Program-made: the position numbers and the translations under genes
The notes under the pieces: model-generated
Told to the model about the DNA's origin: nothing
What the model saw: the letters and a program-made list of their open reading frames with translations, nothing else
The model's database searches: none
Source: a virus
DNA: 64,000 bases
Strand: one strand, 5' to 3'
Virus record (IMG/VR): IMGVR_UViG_3300027860_000007
Location: 10,400 to 74,399 of that record
Shown: in pieces, positions 60,797 through 64,000 of the stretch
Layout of the letters: the number at the start of each line of letters is the position of its first letter
Position numbering within the stretch: the first letter of the stretch is position 1

Positions 60797-61825
60797 TTAG
60801 TGACATATGAGTAAATATTCCCTGCTGCCTGAAACGGAACCTTTACCACCTCTTGCCGTCTCATATGTTTTAGTCTCAACCCTAACCTCCTTATATGCTG
60901 AAGCAATCTCTATCAGTTCGTCTATAGAAGGAATAGAGCGATCATTATAGCTTATTATCCAGTAGGGGATGTGTTTTGATGATTCAAATAGCCAATGAAA
61001 CGATTGCTTTACGTCTTTTGTTTTTTCAAAACCGCTGTATTTTTGTGGATGGTAACGCTTCGTTTTATTAATAAACTCTTTATCTTCCCAATTCTCAACA
61101 AATGTTTCCAGTAAATGATAAAAAGATTGATAATCAGAATGACTATTGCAATAAGGAGGGTCATAATAGACTAAATCAATATTTGAGAGTGTAGGTAATA
61201 AATCTAAAATGTTATGATTATAACTTTTATTGGTTTTTCCATTATCAAACACAGCATCATTATATTCATCAAACAAGTCTAAAAACAAGGTTTTGATAGG
61301 CTTGGCAATGCTGGGATTACGTTTCACCCTAATAGGATTATTGGCATATGTAATTGCCTGAGTATGGGCAAAATGTCCCATAATCGTCTTTCGGGTTAGA
61401 CTTCTATTCATGATTGCAAGGACAAGTGCTTTCTTGTAAGAGCAGGAAAGCAGTTCACTATTTGCACGAAAATTATCCAGAAAAATACATTCGTCACGTT
61501 CAAAGAAAATATCAGCAAAATTTTCCATGATATTTTTTCTGCCCTTATTTTCAGCAAACAAGATCGTTAAATCAGATAAAGTGAGTGTGACATGATTATT
61601 TTCAATCAGTGCTTTTCCAATTTGATTACAGGAATTGAGTAGATCGTTGCTGGTAACGGTATAACCTCGTTTTTTCATTTCAAAGGCAACCGATTGTGAT
61701 CCACTGAAACCGTCTAATACAGAAGTGACATCATCAGGAATAAAGTCCATAATCCATGAAGTTAACTTATGTTTTGCACCCAGATATTGGGGTTGGGGCA
61801 TTTTATAATTGTGGTTAGTTATCAT
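60797..61825 (-). CDS. DNA adenine methyltransferase (D12 class), orphan
   Basis: YLGAK, DGFSGS, YYDPPY, SYN; GC-richer than flanks. Confidence 0.88.
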   Translation of the reverse strand: MITNHNYKMPQPQYLGAKHKLTSWIMDFIPDDVTSVLDGFSGSQSVAFEMKKRGYTVTSNDLLNSCNQIGKALIENNHVTLTLSDLTILFAENKGRKNIMENFADIFFERDECIFLDNFRANSELLSCSYKKALVLAIMNRSLTRKTIMGHFAHTQAITYANNPIRVKRNPSIAKPIKTLFLDLFDEYNDAVFDNGKTNKSYNHNILDLLPTLSNIDLVYYDPPYCNSHSDYQSFYHLLETFVENWEDKEFINKTKRYHPQKYSGFEKTKDVKQSFHWLFESSKHIPYWIISYNDRSIPSIDELIEIASAYKEVRVETKTYETARGGKGSVSGSREYLLICH

Positions 61826-62024
61826 TATTCTACCTTTTCCATTCTACAGTAATGATAAGTTGGAATATCATTAATCCTATTAACCTCATATTCTACTAAT
61901 AATTTACGAAAATGTTCAGTAGCCAACTTCATAGTTTCAAACTTTTTTGTTTCTTTGTGCGTTAAAATTGAACAACCTTTCATATAAGCTATTGTAAATT
62001 TAAATTCTTGTTGTTCTATCATAA

Positions 62025-62441
62025 TTATTTCTTTTCCAATTCTGCTATTTTCTGCAAAGCCTGTTGTGCTATTGCTCTACATTTATCAAATTGTCCAAGT
62101 TCAAATTCGACTGAATTTTCATTGGCAAAGGCATCTTTAGAGGTGTAGCTTGTTTCCGCATATGCTATTCTACTTAAAGCCTCTTTTACCAATTCCAGTT
62201 TCTTACGCAGCTCTTGCTCAATAGGGCGATTATTCCACAGTTCTACAGCTTTTTTATATGATGTTGTACCTTTTTTGAAATGAATTCCGCCACAATAGCA
62301 TTTAACGAAACAGGTTGAAGACAGAACCAGTTGCGAGATAGCGTTACGCTTATCATTACAAAAAGGACATGGCTGTAGCTCTAGCTCTTCACGCATATCC
62401 CTATATTTTAGCTCATCTTTTATACTGAATTCTTCACTCAT
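62025..62441 (-). CDS. Lar (restriction alleviation)-like zinc-finger protein
   Basis: LQPCPFC...VKCYCG...AVELWN.R. Confidence 0.55.
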   Translation of the reverse strand: MSEEFSIKDELKYRDMREELELQPCPFCNDKRNAISQLVLSSTCFVKCYCGGIHFKKGTTSYKKAVELWNNRPIEQELRKKLELVKEALSRIAYAETSYTSKDAFANENSVEFELGQFDKCRAIAQQALQKIAELEKK

Positions 62442-62832
62442 AAAGTTCCCACTTTAATTAGATTGGAGAGCTAGCCTCATAATCTCCTCAGTTAACTTGT
62501 TTATTTTCTCATTTTTAAAATGGTTCCAAACGATGAATTAACGCACAATCGATCTTCCTTCATTACCTTTTACTAAGATGTTTAGTATCTTTTCATATTC
62601 ATCAAGAGAAAACGATGCTAAACAATTCATAAAAGTTTCACCACCACTATGTTCTTTGTATTCTTTAATCAATTCATCATATTCAGAATTTGAATTTATC
62701 TTCGTAAATGTATTTTCTTCAAGCATGTTCCTATCCTTTTCTAAGATTATCTTTTTATATTGAATTAAATTATAATAAGCTATTATTATAAATTAGTCAA
62801 GTATAAAAAATATATAAAATTCAATTTTGCCA

Positions 62833-62861
62833 TTGACTTATAAAATAGGTTGTGATATTCT
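62833..62861 (+). promoter_or_regulatory. sigma70-type promoter (divergent partner TTGACT at 62800-62795 on minus strand)
   Basis: TTGACT-17-TATTCT with TG extension; strand-switch point. Confidence 0.65.
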
Positions 62862-62898
62862 GTTTAAATCAGCTTAAACAAAAAATAGGAGAAGTTTT

Positions 62899-63204
62899 AT
62901 GCAAGAAGAAAAAATAAAAATTAATAAAGTTATAGCTAATGCTTGTGAACTAGATATTGAAGGCGATATACTAGATGTTATCAAACATCTTCAAGAGATA
63001 TATGAGCAAAATCATAAAGATTATATTTCTATAGAAATTGAGAAAGAATATGATGCTGATAGTAGCTATTATGTAGTAGTGGGTTCTCGCCTTGAAACAG
63101 ATAGCGAATACGAAATTAGGAAATCTAATGAGAAAAAAGCTATTGAATCAAAAGAAGCAAAAGAAAGAGCTGAGTACGAAAAACTAAAAGCTAAGTACGC
63201 TTAG
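62899..63204 (+). CDS. hypothetical early protein
   Basis: AGGAG RBS; R.ETD.EY..R...ERAEYEKLKAKY. Confidence 0.65.
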   Translation: MQEEKIKINKVIANACELDIEGDILDVIKHLQEIYEQNHKDYISIEIEKEYDADSSYYVVVGSRLETDSEYEIRKSNEKKAIESKEAKERAEYEKLKAKYA

Positions 63205-63234
63205 ATGGTTTTTTGAAAAAAGATAATTGATTTT

Positions 63235-63594
63235 ATGACAAAAATTAAAAACCTATCTTTTACAGAAAAAGAAATGACAATATTCATTAGTAACGGATGC
63301 ACTTTAAGCATCCCACTTAAATGGTTTCCACACCTTGTAAATGCTAATCAATCTGCTTTGAAAAACTGGGAGCTTTCCGCAGCAGGTAATGGAATTTACT
63401 TGAAAGATTTAGACGAAGATATTAGCTTGAATGGCTTGCTAAATGAACTTTCTTGGTTGTTAGGAGAAGAAAATGTTGAACCTTTAAAGAAATCTTATTC
63501 AAAAGATAATTTACCAGAAAATCTTTATGAAGAAATAATTAATGCTAAGGTTGATTTTAAATTTTCTTATTTGAATGATTTACTTGATGAATAA
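63235..63594 (+). CDS. DUF2442 family protein (antitoxin-like)
   Basis: G..L..PL.WFP.L..A......W.L...G.GI...DLDEDIS..GLL. Confidence 0.75.
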   Translation: MTKIKNLSFTEKEMTIFISNGCTLSIPLKWFPHLVNANQSALKNWELSAAGNGIYLKDLDEDISLNGLLNELSWLLGEENVEPLKKSYSKDNLPENLYEEIINAKVDFKFSYLNDLLDE

Positions 63595-63597
63595 CTT

Positions 63598-63801
63598 ATG
63601 AATTATAAAAAAGCTATGTGTTGTCTTTTTAAGGGTAACACAATTTTTAATAAACAAAGACCAAATGTTTTGTTTTATTTTAAGATAACAGGCATTGGTA
63701 GAGGTTATGATTTATATCTTAATGATAATGGTAACTCACGTTTAATTGATTACGATTCCTTAATAGAATATGGAATTACTGGATGGGAACTATATGTCTA
63801 A
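63598..63801 (+). CDS. hypothetical protein
   Basis: Coupled ORF. Confidence 0.5.
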   Translation: MNYKKAMCCLFKGNTIFNKQRPNVLFYFKITGIGRGYDLYLNDNGNSRLIDYDSLIEYGITGWELYV

Positions 63802-64000
63802 TGATTTGAAATTATGTTATTTTTATAAAAAAGACTATGAATTAGTACGTTCTTTATTTCCTAATTTAGTTGTTCTAGATATAAAACGTGGATATTACTA
63901 CCAAACTTTTCTATCAGAATCAGATATAAATTATTTAAAATTATCTTTTCCTGAAACTTTAATAGTTCATGAAGGAGGGAAATATGATTACTTAAATTTT
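63794..64000 (+). CDS. Mosaic paralogue family member 10 (runs off window, opposite strand)
   Basis: MSNDLKLCY...SESDINYLKLSFPETLIVHEGGKYDYLNF. Confidence 0.75.
   Translation, partial: MSNDLKLCYFYKKDYELVRSLFPNLVVLDIKRGYYYQTFLSESDINYLKLSFPETLIVHEGGKYDYLNF

Noticed and set aside
1-64000. Stop-codon reassignment (TAG read-through), prompted by in-frame TAGs near 50680 and 51535
   Set aside because: Long core genes are intact in the standard code and several (yeaG, terminase, guaC) end at TAG at the expected length; the 51535 case is better explained by compensating indels
53935-64000. Diversity-generating retroelement as the cause of paralogue variation
   Set aside because: No reverse transcriptase in the window; differences include indels and all base types rather than adenine-specific changes against a template repeat
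1-64000. Bacterial chromosome origin, suggested by tyrS, groEL, guaC and yeaG
   Set aside because: These genes are interspersed with terminase, gp32, UvsX, UvsW and T4-like late promoters, which indicates a phage genome

Overview
AT-rich segment of a large T4-related (jumbo-type) tailed-phage genome, read in the standard genetic code. Core genes: primase, DnaB/gp41 helicase, a minimal DNA Pol III-alpha-like protein, gp62-like clamp-loader subunit, UvsW, UvsX/RecA, gp32 SSB, RNase H/5'-3' exonuclease, terminase large subunit and ThyX. Host-derived or auxiliary genes: a complete yeaG(prkA)-yeaH-spoVR operon, tRNA-Arg(UCU), a GC-rich, apparently recently captured tyrS, groEL plus two GroES-like genes, guaC, three orphan DNA methyltransferases, a NucA-type nuclease and a ClpP-like protease. 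TyrRS and GroEL look alphaproteobacterial (judged by eye). Both sigma70-type promoters and T4-like late promoters (T/A)ATAAATA are abundant. Two systems stand out. (1) Late genes share an 'MKVxELLE'-type leader and (I/L/V)xE linkers between enzyme-like domains (four ADP-ribosyltransferase-like, a protein kinase, a zincin peptidase, ParB-like and RNase-like), suggesting capsid-packaged, protease-processed effector polyproteins. (2) At least ten paralogues at 54-64 kb are mosaics of near-identical DNA blocks swapped between copies. All family assignments come from motif recognition by eye; no database searches were run.
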